DNA from: Lingula anatina
Lineage: Eukaryota > Animalia > Brachiopoda
DNA: 64,000 nt
Reading direction: 5' to 3'
NCBI GenBank assembly: GCA_051362555.1
Contig: CM120643.1
Location: forward strand, 9,734,001 to 9,798,000
A program made the translations under genes and the position numbers. Positions 30,904 to 41,577 of this stretch are shown one piece after another. The notes under the pieces were generated by a model. The model searched no databases, had not been told where the DNA came from, and was given only the letters and a program-made list of their open reading frames with translations. The first letter of the stretch is position 1. Every line of letters begins with the position of its first letter.

Positions 30904-32086
30904 ATAGGGAAAAGCAGACAGATTTTCCAGTATTTCATAAAAAATGTTCCAAGGTATTAGGTTAAATTTTACAGTAACTAAGAAAAATACAAGATAATGA
31001 GAGTGAAAAGTGAGTGAGAAAAAAGACAGAACCAAAGAGGGGGAATATTCTTAAATATTCTAATGCCCTCATTTCTTATTTGTTCATAATATGCATAAAT
31101 ATAGATCTTAAAAATGATTATTTTACTTAAATTATAATATAAATCTTAATATAAATTCCACATAAAAGGGATACTTATGAAAATACTGTACTCATATACA
31201 GTACTAGTAACTACTCAGACTTTTCATTTAATAATAACAAGTCTTTTTTCTTTTCTTCAAGATGTATCAGTTTCAGACAAACATTACAACACAAAGCCAA
31301 CTAACTTTTCAAAACTTTTGAAGCAAATTTTTTTTTTTTTTTTGTTTTATAAACAGAACATTTTATGAAAATTCTTAATTTTATCTTGTTCAAATTTATT
31401 GAGTGTTTGTCATTTAAATCTAGTCTATTATCATGCTGGTTCAGTCACATGTCCTGCGCTGCAAGTAGTCAGTGCCAAGAAGCCATAAATAACATGTGCA
31501 CAGTGAGTGCTATAATCATTCTCTTTTTTTCAAATAACACTCAGTGGCCTTTAAAACTTCCCTGTTGTTCTAACACAGCTTCATAGGATAGGTTTCAGTT
31601 TATGTACTCAGAAAAAAAAGCAGCAGAGAAAAAACCCAACTAGTTAATTTTGCAACTCTATATACCATAAGCTTCCCTCAGTGTACTGTGAAGCATGTAA
31701 ATTATTCTGCCATGTGCTTGAGATAAATTACCGCGAAATGAAATAATTTCAAAAAACATTTTTTTGTTATATGCTAATAGATATAGGGGTCATTTGATTA
31801 GAAACTTCATTAAGGTTCTTCCTCTCCTAGACACATTTTCCCCCACCAAAAAATTCTTTCATCTCTTTGTATTTGAAAATGAGATGGAATTAAAGAAGAA
31901 ACTGTACCTTGATCTTACCATCTTGAAAAAACAAAACAATTGGAAGCAAAAACTTGTATTGGGGGCAAACATATCACATGGGGGAAACTGATATTTTAAT
32001 ATTTTAAAAACATTTAGCTATTTGGTCACAAGAAAAAATATGTTAAAACTGCCCCAGCTAGGAAAAGTTTTACTGATCTCGTGGTT

Positions 32087-32148
<62 letters not shown>

Positions 32149-33317
32149 CCCTTCACATTCTATCAGAAAAAAATGCCATTACCACTGATAATCTTGACGC
32201 TGTGTGTGTTGTTCCAGACATAGATGCCTCTTTTTTCATAGCTGACATCGGACCAAAAAACCAGGTTTTCTTCTGCATCCACCGCTAAGCCCACTGCTCG
32301 GGCAATCTGAAATTTAAACACATACAGAGAAGGTATTACACGGGCGTATCCAGAGATAAATTTCTGACAGTCTTCCAAATTATCTTTGTTGATCCATCCT
32401 CCATTTTTGACCGTCTTCCAACAGAAATGTAAACTTGAAAATCTGTCTTCCGAAAGACCAAGAAAACGTTAACGGCCTCAATCCACCCCTGTATTAAACT
32501 ATAAAATAAAAGCCTTTTAGATGACAAATTACCAGTGAAGACAATTATTATTATTTCTCATAAAAAAAATTTAAAAAAAAACTTGAAAAAGCACCATCAC
32601 ATTAAAGCAAGAAAAGTAATTCATGATTCTAGGAAAATACCAAATTTTAATTATTTCATTTAAAAAAAGCTGTTATTACCTGGTCACTTGGGATGTCCAG
32701 TGGGGTATGGACACCTGTCACTGGGTTAGACTGAAGGATGTGAGATCCATTGGTAATGTACAAAGTGTCTGAAAGGATTTTCCATTACATTCATTTACAT
32801 GTATATATGCATATGAAAACAAAAATAAAGATTTGCATTTTTTAAACCAGCTTAAAAATTAAATTGGAGGGGTTAGGGGGAAAAACTGCTTTGGGACTAT
32901 TCTTTAGTAAAAAAAAAATGCTCCCAATATTTTGATCTTATTTTTGACATTTTCCACTTTTTAAGCCCAATGTCAACTTTACCATAATTAGTTTTATGAA
33001 CACAGAGACAACACCCAATCTGTCTCTCTCTAATTCTCTCCACCCCACCCACCCCACCCCACCCCCCTCCCGTACACCCCCTTATTCCTTGTTTGTACAT
33101 GTACATGTACCCAACACACAATGCTCTCCAGTCCATGTGCAGAAATCTAAGAAATTCCTCCTCTACCGCCCCTCCCCCACCCAAAAATTTGTACCCATAG
33201 AAACTAAAACGTCCATGCACCGTACATACCGTGTTCTGGCTGGGCCCGAGTCCCCGATCCCAAACTCAGTACCATTAAATTGCAGCTGATAAACGTGATA
33301 AAGGAAGCACTCTCCAT
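9205..33317 (-). CDS. LRP-like type I membrane receptor: signal peptide, 3x (six-bladed YWTD propeller + EGF), HYR, sushi-like, furin site, GCC2/GCC3 (ephrin-receptor-like) repeat, TM, short tail
   Basis: 27 phase-consistent GT-AG exons: 33230-33317, 32680-32768, 32183-32306, 29483-29654, 28528-28656, 27688-27962, 27252-27395 (or 27386), 26398-26543, 25832-25940, 19521-19701, 19049-19170, 18600-18712, 18104-18269, 17640-17780, 17018-17189, 15696-15926, 14978-15174, 14344-14547, 13608-13724, 13288-13311, 12799-12939, 12397-12507, 11670-11870, 11106-11379, 10466-10650, 10017-10169, 9205-9548. Motifs: IYWTD, LYWGD, VYWSD, LYWTE; EGF CAGLCLPTGADTYRCSC; HYR DTESPVFTFCP; CPPGTRY...CPENTYQERTGQSACIPC; TM LIIAIAVGSGLAVIILIVIVVVL. 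Confidence 0.9.
14238..14322. repeat. terminal fragment of a DNA element with repeated TCCTATAGGA subterminal motifs
   Basis: Several tcctatagga-type units ending in ...atttttgtaaggg. Confidence 0.4.
16142..16486. mobile_element. non-autonomous element with TTAA flanks (Kolobok-like)
   Basis: ttaaaggggtaataactcttcgt / acgaagagttattattgctttaa; related copies at ~29870-30146 (inverted) and ~44010-44570. Confidence 0.55.
16659..16873 (-). mobile_element. 215-bp Harbinger-type MITE (family copy 1, inverted)
   Basis: Reverse complement of the copies at 24637, 36011 and 57664. Confidence 0.8.
17374..17578. mobile_element. MITE
   Basis: Imperfect TIR ccctttacactggacgg / ccatccagtataaaggg. Confidence 0.5.
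19226..19385. mobile_element. degenerate copy of the CAGGCCCGTAG MITE family
   Basis: caggcccacagccagc start; shares gaaaaagtggacctttt...acctagatcaaattttacc with 2005-2173. Confidence 0.5.
19409..19570 (-). repeat. 54-bp x3 tandem duplication of exon 10 end and splice donor
   Basis: Unit gtcaacRtggcacagaaaccaagggctatctggattgaccaggtcaacag|gtag on minus; exon ends at 19521, 19467 and 19413. Confidence 0.9.
20279..24253 (+). CDS. secreted short-chain collagen C4-like protein (spongin-type NC1 domain), nested antisense in LRP-like intron 9
   Basis: Exons 20279-20461, 20669-20792, 21204-21289, 22411-22510, 23024-23113, 23760-24253. Signal peptide, coiled coil (LVERLDRQEQEIVALKQENQQLK), ~10 Gly-X-Y triplets (GPQGLPGRDGRDGKDGRDGIPGLPGPKGDPG), NC1 hallmarks GGAVYTRWGRTTC, GGGSNYLCLP, HDAPCAVC, CGSLPCPPY, ELTCVVCTK*. 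Confidence 0.9.
21496..21665. mobile_element. Harbinger-type MITE
   Basis: TIR ggctccattcagaatag / ctattctgaaaggggcc; TAA TSD. Confidence 0.65.
22740..23057 (+). repeat. ~75-bp tandem repeat duplicating the collagen exon 5 acceptor and start
   Basis: Repeated ccagccaataccagccat...ggttctctaggtt units; ttttcag acceptors at ~22873, ~22947 and 23023. Confidence 0.8.
24637..24851 (+). mobile_element. 215-bp Harbinger-type MITE (copy 2)
   Basis: ggctctattcccata...tatggaaatggggtg; TAG TSD. Confidence 0.85.
27040..27227. mobile_element. MITE / foldback element
   Basis: Imperfect ~40-bp TIR aggccttacaaatgaattaggcttttacta / tagtaaatgccttatccgtttataaggcct. Confidence 0.55.
29870..30146 (-). mobile_element. 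partial inverted copy of the 16142-16486 element
   Basis: Shares (reverse complement) the tctcttaagaga palindrome, ccaaaac..cagttat and the terminal aagagttgttatccctt. Confidence 0.5.
30851..30906. repeat. (AAAT)n microsatellite
   Basis: Direct observation. Confidence 0.95.
32086..32147. repeat. (TA)n(GA)n compound microsatellite
   Basis: Direct observation. Confidence 0.95.
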
Positions 33318-33474
33318 GATTCGCCCGGTTAGCAGCCGCTACACACGGTTATGCCTATCGTTCAATCAGAGAGATCCGCAAAACATGGGGAAAAAATGGA
33401 AGCCTCCACTGCTTTTGTCCTACTTAAGACACCCAGTGAAGCGGAAGGTGTTTTGAATGTCCTCAAGTTACACC

Positions 33475-33493
33475 GTTTACAGCGCCACCTGTG
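33475..33493 (-). promoter_or_regulatory. CTCF-like / E-box + Fox composite motif upstream of the LRP-like gene
   Basis: gtttacagcgccacctgtg is the exact reverse complement of 54255-54273; core CAGGTGGCGC resembles the CTCF consensus. Confidence 0.4.
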
Positions 33494-34030
33494 TGCGGAA
33501 ATTGTTTAAGCGAAAAATACCACGCCCTCTTTTGGCGTGAGTAAGACGCGTTTTGTAGGACTCGCTGTTTATTACCTATAACAAGCAATGGAAAATTAGT
33601 TGTATTTTTAATTAGGCACGGGTTTTATCCCAAGTTCTCTTTTAATCTGTCTAAATATATAAATTGAAGATGGCAGCCCGTTTTTTTTTTAAATAAATAA
33701 AATTCCTGATCAAAAGGTTTTAGACTCAATGCTTAGAGAAGAAGAGGGGATTGGCTTGTCCAAGAGATGAAGATGGGTTAGCTAAAATAAATAGCTAGTA
33801 GGGCCATGAAATTGGCGGTAGCTAAAGCGACTTTTCAGAATAATATAAAAATATCAAATATGTTTTCTGAAAAGAAAAATAGCAAAATGCATGTTAAAAG
33901 TCTCTTTATTTCTTGGCACATCTTTAAGTAGTATTATGGAAGAGGATTCACTTGGTTAGCAGAGCCTTTGTTACGATTAAAAAAAATGGCAGTGTCTTTG
34001 CTAATCTGCACAAGGTTTGTTAATTTATTT

Positions 34031-37000
34031 TTATTGTTCTAATTTTTTCAGTGCCAAGTCTTCCTTTGGTCCACCGAAGTAGACTTTTCCTTGTATGTTC
34101 GTTGTATTGGGGCACTCTCTAATGGCCGAGTTCGACACCTAGAAACGAAAATAATGTAAAATATGCTCGTTTCCTTCTGCAAGAAATTCAAAATATAATA
34201 AATAGTTAAAGGCAACTTTAAATGAGGTCAAAATTTTAAAATGAAAAAGTTGTCGTTTATTTATCTATAAATGGTTATTTTTAAGTTATACTTTCCGTGC
34301 GTTTAATCGTTCACTATTATTATCATTTTAAATAAAACACAATCTGCATCATCAATCAATACCAGCTCCACTCACGCATTGTAAATGTAGGCCTATTTCT
34401 TTTTATTTTGAAAAGTATCGATCCTCATTTAATAAATTTAGAGACCTAATTCATTAATCTTTTTTCACCTTGTTAAGTGGATTCCCTCTCAAGGTATGTA
34501 TTTTCTCATACACAGACGAATTGGTCACCCTGTTGTACGCCACCAGGTACGCCAAGCGTCTGTGCTGGCTACTGTTCTGGTCACTCCTATGCAGCATATT
34601 ACAGTGGAAGAAGATGGCGTCTCCGGGGTCAAGCTCCGCGTACATCAGTGGACACGCCCTCGAGAGATGACCGACGCGCTCCACGTCAGCGCCGACTTGG
34701 TCTCCTACCTTGACGTGGGCGATTCGCCCGGCATGATGCGACCCGGGGAGGATCTGCGGTGAAATAGATGACAGAGTTTTATTACAGCACCTTATTTTTA
34801 AAAAACTTTTTTTCAGAAAAAGCATATGAATACCATTGACGAAGCGGCTGACAAATGTATAAAGAGGCCTGGCATATGAAGAGGGCCAGGTCATTTTCAG
34901 TTATGCGGAACTAGGAACTAATAAGTGTTAAGATAACGCACAGATTCAACAACAAATTCTTAATATTTTAACATACTCAGTACTTTTCTCTTCTAATTGC
35001 ACGCCGGGCAACTGAACATTTTTTCAATTGTGTAATAAACAATTTAAGTTTGTTTGTCGTTTTCAGATAGATTGTTTTAATGTACGGATTCTATCAGTTT
35101 TGGCATTAATATGTCTGCCCATTGCTGCCTGCCTTTTTTTTTTACTTTGCTTGAGCCAATCAAAAAATTCCCTGAGCCAACTGACCGGTTACATGCAAAC
35201 GTTGCAATTTAAATGTAATATTTTGGTAGAGGCATTTCTTTCAAAATTTCTTAGAGATGCAATTTGGCTTTGGGAAAAAAGTTTAGTCCATGACATGAAA
35301 TAAAATTATAGGTGAGCAAAAATCCGTATACGACCTCTTGAGATATGGCCTGTAGTTTGCTTGCCAAATGCACACCATTTTACCTTCAAACAGCCGTTGG
35401 TCTTGTCTGCCTTGTCCACTGCTATCCACGCCGTCGCCATTTCCGGAAACAGAAACCCATCTAGATACCAGTAACTGGAAAGAATGAACTTTTCTTGAAA
35501 TCCGCGATAGAACATTAAATAAAAGAAATTAAAGACTGTTAATTATTCAAAACTTGCCAGTACACAGGAAATCAGTCTTTGCCGACGTCGCAGGCAGTAT
35601 TTTACCGGTATATTAGCTGAATACTGAAATTACTACTTTTCCCTCGAAGTAAAATCACACGAATTGAACAAGCTCATAATCCGAGAAAAATAATCTTTAG
35701 AGTTATTAAATTATAGAGTAGTCTGTGAAAAAAATTGACTAATTAATTAATTCATTTTTCTAAAAAGTACAACATTATTTGTAAAATGACACATGTAACC
35801 ATAGGAACAAATTGTAAAATGCGCAGCAACGGTGTATATATATTTATGATTGGCAACCAGTCTTCTAATCCTGCAAGCGTCACCCACCCATAGTCCTGGT
35901 GCCAGATGTGAGCGCCCCCTGTGAACGGGTCTTTGATGACAACCTTGGCATGGTCGTGATACAACTCGCCACCAAGGAGCTAAAAAAACAACGAACAAAA
36001 TGGAATATTAGGCTCTGTTCTCACAACTTTTAGATCGATCTATCACCGCGGGGAGTCTCACTAGATTACTGTCAGATAATCCCCCTTAAGTGTCCGTCCC
36101 CGCCTACTACAAGCTTTAAGGGGTAATTAACTTTCGTGTCCGCCCGGCTGACAGCTATTTAGCGTGAACCCCCAGGGAGTTAGGTCGATCCAATGTAGGT
36201 CGATCTAATCTATGAGAATGGGGTGTTATATATTCATGGTCACCTTAGCTACGTAGGCTGCAGCCGACGTCGACTTAAGGTCGGCGTGTCTGGCGGCCCA
36301 ACGCAAATGCAACACAACTATATGTGACAATTTTAATCCGTTTTAGTAGGCCTTAGTCATATTCCTAATTCGCATGTCTGTAAGACTGCACTAAGGATTT
36401 TTACGTTATAAATATTTCGTATCCCTCAAAATAAATACTTATATGAATAACAATTTACCTTCTCCATTGTCCCCGCCACTTTCTCGCTCCTGGCAACCAC
36501 CCCCGTGATGTCATCCCCAGGGCGGTGCCACAAGGTGGTGTTGGTTCGGCGTCCCTCCCCGTCGTCCCGACCGTAACTGAACGACTTAATACCCTCGTCC
36601 TGTTCAAACGCCTCCCTTAGCTTGCCAACTTCTTCGTGGGCTAAAAGGTTTCTGGTGAATTTTGATGAAAAATGGCTAAATTGATATACTATCGCATATT
36701 TTTTTTTTTAATTCAAAATATGGACTTGGCTGTTTCATATCATATTATTTAAGCAACCTTTAGCATATATAATACGGCTTGGTTTGATTGGGCTCCATTT
36801 GTAAATGAATAAATTTTGATGAGTGGAATCAATCAGTTTATAATAATTCTAGATCTGTATTTAAAAGTGTAACGCATTGTTGTTGTTTACAAGGGAAACT
36901 TTGAGAAAGCTTTTATAAAAAACATGCAATTGACTGATGTGAAACACTCAAGTGTTGCATAGCACTTGGCCGTCAGTGTATATTTTGATCTTATTTCGTC

Positions 37001-37637
37001 CAAGCATCTTACCTTATAATGACAAACCCGTCTTTTTCAAACCGTGCTTTTAATTCGCTGGTGGAGAGGTTGTCTTGATAAGAAAACCCTGATAAAAACA
37101 ACAGCAAATTTACTTTTACTCATATGCATATGGCAGTACCGGTACTAAAAATAAAAATGTGTTTAAACTGTTAATAATTCTGAGCATATGTGGCTAGTCA
37201 TCTGTGTGACTTTGTATGTGAGTGTGTGTGTGGGGGGGGGGGGGGGGGGGGGGCGTGCTGTGCAGGGTGGTGCTTTTATGTTTGTGCACGTAAGGTAAAG
37301 AGAAAGGGGAGAGCGTGCATATACATCTACATGCATACATGTATGAGGGGAAGTGCGCTCGGGTATATTAAGTCTTTCTACATATCTTGGTCACTCTGGT
37401 GAAATAGAAACAGTGGCCATTGCATTGTAATGTACTGGGTCATATGTTACTGATGAAATCATTATTCATCTAACATTTTGAAAGTTTGTTTACGACCAGG
37501 TCGCGTCGCTTTTATAAATATAAAGCCTTAATAATTACCAATTCGATGTGCAGGTACATGTATAGTGATTTGAACTTACGATCTATTTTTTTTTTCTTAC
37601 CATGTCTGTGAGTGGCTGTGCCTGTGTTGCTTGTCAT
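34031..37637 (-). CDS. PhyH-family 2OG-Fe(II) dioxygenase, copy A (ectoine hydroxylase / L-proline trans-4-hydroxylase-like)
   Basis: Exons 37601-37637, 37013-37088, 36459-36651, 35888-35979, 35384-35474, 34469-34753, 34031-34138. Motifs [27 protein letters not shown] (HxD), NGCLKILPGSH, PGDAIFFHCNMLHRSDQNSSQHRR. Confidence 0.9.
36011..36225 (+). mobile_element. 215-bp Harbinger-type MITE (copy 3)
   Basis: Near-identical to 24637 and 57664; TTA TSD. Confidence 0.85.
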
Positions 37638-38526
37638 AATGCAGCCAGACTGTGAGTTGACTGATAAGCGGGGTTAAACCAACAAGATAAGTTCGAAAAT
37701 CGACCTGGTTGGATCACTAGTTATGGCGTCTGTGGTATTCTGAACAGGTGTGTGGAAACAGTTCACGAGTGCATTATTATCTTCAGACTACTCACAAGCA
37801 CGCGTCGTACGGCATTTGACGTTGGAAGGTCATTTTAAAAAAACGCTGTACATGTACTACACAGAAAGATAAAACCTGTAGAAAGGGAAAAGAGGCCCTT
37901 TGCAAGATAAAGATAGCAAAACAAAACACAAAAAGGGCACAGTGTATCACCACGTGGAACGGTCGTGCTATCGGTGCACACTGTTTATCGTGCATTTGTA
38001 AACAGTTGTAAGCACTTGGCTCAATTAGTGCATTCACCTCTTGAATGTTCTTACAGGTAAGATATATTACTTCTCGTCCTAGGTTATTCCATCTTTGTTA
38101 AAGATAGCATAAAAATATAAAAGGCATTGTATGCGTGCATTTTTAACGAGAGGAGCATGCAGGTTCAGTATAAGTAATTATAAGTTAAAAACCGAGAATG
38201 GGTATTTTGGTATATTTATTTCATCTCAAATTTTATATAAAATGATTTCTTGTATGCAAAAATGACCCTGTCCTAAGTTAACATACACAGTGTCCTAGCA
38301 TAAATGTTTATAAATCAAATGCTTTTCACATTCTTGTTTTTCATTTTTCAAAAATAATAATAATACCTGCCTAATATCATCACCAATTAAAAGCTTATAT
38401 TCATTGATATAACCAGACAAAATATGAAAATAAAGAAAACGTAAGCGTGCACTACAGTACTTTGTCTTTATATTCTAAAATATCTTAACGTTTACATTAA
38501 CATTTTGCTATTACAGTTCAACCACT

Positions 38527-39249
38527 ATGCCTCCAGCAATAGACCGCAGTAAGGTGATCATTCGGCCAATTTCTTCCAACAAAGCTGAGCAAAGATGGGT
38601 CTGGGAGATGGTTATTCGTAATTTGACGAATTGTGTCATACCAGGATTGGTAAAGAGAACCCTGGCGCAGCTTCCAGCCGCCGCGATTGCCGCCCCTGTC
38701 TTAGCTTTTCTGTGGTACGTCACGGGGAATGCCGTTTTCTCGGTACTGGCAACTGTAATCTTCTGGGTTGTAATTAGTGTGGCCAACTGTTACATGGGAA
38801 TATGGGGATGGGAGGCATGCTTTCAAGAGGAAAAGGCGAACCTGTACGAATACTACAACAGGCCCAAGTCAAGGTTTTGGGTGGCTGAGAACGCAGGGAG
38901 AATTTTGGGATCTGTGGCTATTGACAGGAAAACTGACGACGTTGCTGAACTAAAAAGAATGGTCCTGGAACCAGATTGCAGAGGGACTGGAATAGCCAGC
39001 GATCTGGTAAAAACCGCCGTGGAGTTTTGCAAGGAGAATGGTTACAAGGAGCTTTTCCTGTCGACATCTGAATTCCAGCTCAGCGCACGTGCCCTTTACA
39101 CCAAATGTGGTTTTAAAGAAACTGATATTATCAGAAACCCTAGCGATTTTTATCTTACGACATTATATGTCCATATTTTTAGAATGACCTTGACCGAGGA
39201 AAAGATAAAACCATTTGCACATGTTATTTCTTGGCATAAGCCGAATTAG
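38527..39249 (+). CDS. NAT8/camello-like GNAT N-acetyltransferase, copy 1
   Basis: Intronless 240-aa ORF; N-terminal hydrophobic segments then FWVAE..ILGSVAI, VAELKRM, RGTGIA (acetyl-CoA motif A), LSTSEFQ.SARALY.KCGF; probable 5' UTR intron 38057-38516. Confidence 0.9.
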   Translation: MPPAIDRSKVIIRPISSNKAEQRWVWEMVIRNLTNCVIPGLVKRTLAQLPAAAIAAPVLAFLWYVTGNAVFSVLATVIFWVVISVANCYMGIWGWEACFQEEKANLYEYYNRPKSRFWVAENAGRILGSVAIDRKTDDVAELKRMVLEPDCRGTGIASDLVKTAVEFCKENGYKELFLSTSEFQLSARALYTKCGFKETDIIRNPSDFYLTTLYVHIFRMTLTEEKIKPFAHVISWHKPN

Positions 39250-39427
39250 TGAAAATATAATACTCAGTAATTTCTGCTGTCTTCTGTCCCTATTTTGTTT
39301 AATGCAATAGTCTCCGTTGAACATTGCTTTATATTTTAATTCAGGGCCTGGGCAACGAATGTATTCTTGATCTCAAAATATTTCATGCCGAAGAATGCCT
39401 TTAGTTTAAACAGGTCAAATGCATTGC

Positions 39428-39492
39428 GACTCTGGGGCCTGCATGGAACGAGGTTATTGTTTTAAACAAAATTTGATTCTTGAATTTGGCAC
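39428..39492 (-). pseudogene. relic of the terminal exon of dioxygenase copy B
   Basis: Minus translation VPNSRIKFCLKTITSFHAGPRV vs copy B last exon [26 protein letters not shown]; acceptor AG lost. Confidence 0.7.
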
Positions 39493-40854
39493 CGAGATAA
39501 AGGAATTTGCTTTAGGTGTCACTTTGTATTGCCTTCTAAAAAGACATTCCCGGCGCACTGAGTTTCAGCCTTGTCATCTCGCGACATTCTGACATTAAGT
39601 GAGTCTATATATGATCTTTATCATTTTTACCTCATGAAAACAGAATAATAAAACAAGTTAAAATATAAAATGTTTAGCTAGAAATTGTTAAATATCTCCT
39701 AGTTCATAAAGTATAAGAAATATTTAAACTAACGGAAAAAATATATTTTGAAACATACTGATAGTCCAATATAATATAAGGTACTCACAATATACAATAT
39801 ACAAAAAATATATTACCAATTTGAACAAGTAACCACTGTATCAATTGGGAGCATGCATTCTTGTATAACTCTACAATGCGTACTATCAACAGTGAAACTC
39901 CGGCCAGAGTAAGACCACTCAATCATTGTCCGAGTCCCATTTGTTATCCAAATAACAATGTTGCAAAACAGAGTGAGGATAAGCACTGTGCCGCGGACAC
40001 CAATGAGGTATTTGAAACAATTTTAAGCTGTGGGAACTGCACATTCTACTAAGAATAGAAAAGGAACTCCTCAAAACAGAAGACCAAGACGTCAATGCAG
40101 AAAGCCTAATTATCTTAAAGACTGTCATTTACAAGTTTATTTACTGTGAACATGTGAATTCGATTTCTAAAGACTGTTTACATTGACTTCAGAAATCACT
40201 GCACTTTTTGAGTTTGTATGGAAATGTATGCATTGTCTTCTCTGACATTATCAGGACATTTGTTATTTTCTTGTTCTCTTGTATTCAAAAGTTTAGTATT
40301 TGGTTTTTAAAAGGATAATGTTAATGTATAATTTAAAGTTTCAAGTTTGTTTACATGGTTACAGACTAAAGAAAATATTGTTAACAAAAACTTCATTTTG
40401 TTGATAGACTATTTTCTATTGTGGAATGGAGAACTGTACCCGGTAGGGCCTATATCCTTGATGTGACACTGTTTTAAATGAAAGTCATCAATGCATTGTT
40501 TATATGCTTGTGAAAACCTGGTTACAAGAACATTGGCTTTAATCAGTAGGCCTAAAGATGTAAGCACGAGACAGATCACACTTTAGTTAAGTAACAACAT
40601 TTGTATTTTTGAAATTCGTCATGCCTCTGCTTTACTCAATATGTCCTTTGTAGAGTATCTATTTTTTTTTATAAAGAAGGGGGAGGGGGGGCGATAATTG
40701 TGTTAGTTGAGAATGCAATCTCATTGTGCTGTTTCCCATGATGCAGCAGTCGATATGGTTCTTATGTGATTGTTTCCTAATACCCTATTGCTGTTTCTTA
40801 CCGTGTCGCGCTATCTGGTCTATAAAACAAGAAACAAGATGAATATACAGCACA

Positions 40855-41577
40855 ATGCCTCCATCAATAGACCGCAGCAAGGTGATAATTCGCCCAATTT
40901 CACCCAACAAAGCTGAACAAAAGTGGGTCTGGGAGATGGTTATTCGTAATTTAACAAATTATGTCATACCAGGATTGGTAAAGAGAACCCTGGCGCAGCT
41001 GCCAGCCGCCGCGATTGCCGCCCCTGTCCTAGCTTTTCTGTGGTACGTCACGGGAAATGCTATTTTCTCCGTTCTGGCAACTGTAATCTTCTGGGTAGTA
41101 ATTAGTGTGGCCAACTGCTACATGGGAATGTGGGGATGGGAGGCATGCTTTCAAGAGGAAAAGGCGAACCTGTACGAATACTACAACAGGCCCAAGTCAA
41201 GGTTTTGGGTGGCCGAGCACGAAGGGAGAATACTGGGATCTGTGGCCATTGACAGGAAAACTGACCACGTTGCTGAACTTAAAAGAATGGTCCTAGAACC
41301 GGATTTTAGAGGGTCTGGAATAGCCAGTGATTTGGTTAAAACCGCCGTGGAGTTTTGCAAGGAGAATGGTTACAAGGAGCTTTTCCTGTCGACAACTGAA
41401 TTCCAGCATAGCGCACGCGCCCTTTACACCAAATGTGGTTTCAAAGAAACTGATATTATCAAAGATCCTAGAGATTTTTATCTTACAACATTATATGTCC
41501 ATATTTTTAGAATGACCTTGACCGAGGAGAAGATAAAACCATTTGCACATGTTTTTTCTTGGCATAAGCCCAATTAG
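40855..41577 (+). CDS. NAT8/camello-like GNAT N-acetyltransferase, copy 2
   Basis: 240-aa intact ORF nearly identical to copy 1. Confidence 0.9.
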   Translation: MPPSIDRSKVIIRPISPNKAEQKWVWEMVIRNLTNYVIPGLVKRTLAQLPAAAIAAPVLAFLWYVTGNAIFSVLATVIFWVVISVANCYMGMWGWEACFQEEKANLYEYYNRPKSRFWVAEHEGRILGSVAIDRKTDHVAELKRMVLEPDFRGSGIASDLVKTAVEFCKENGYKELFLSTTEFQHSARALYTKCGFKETDIIKDPRDFYLTTLYVHIFRMTLTEEKIKPFAHVFSWHKPN

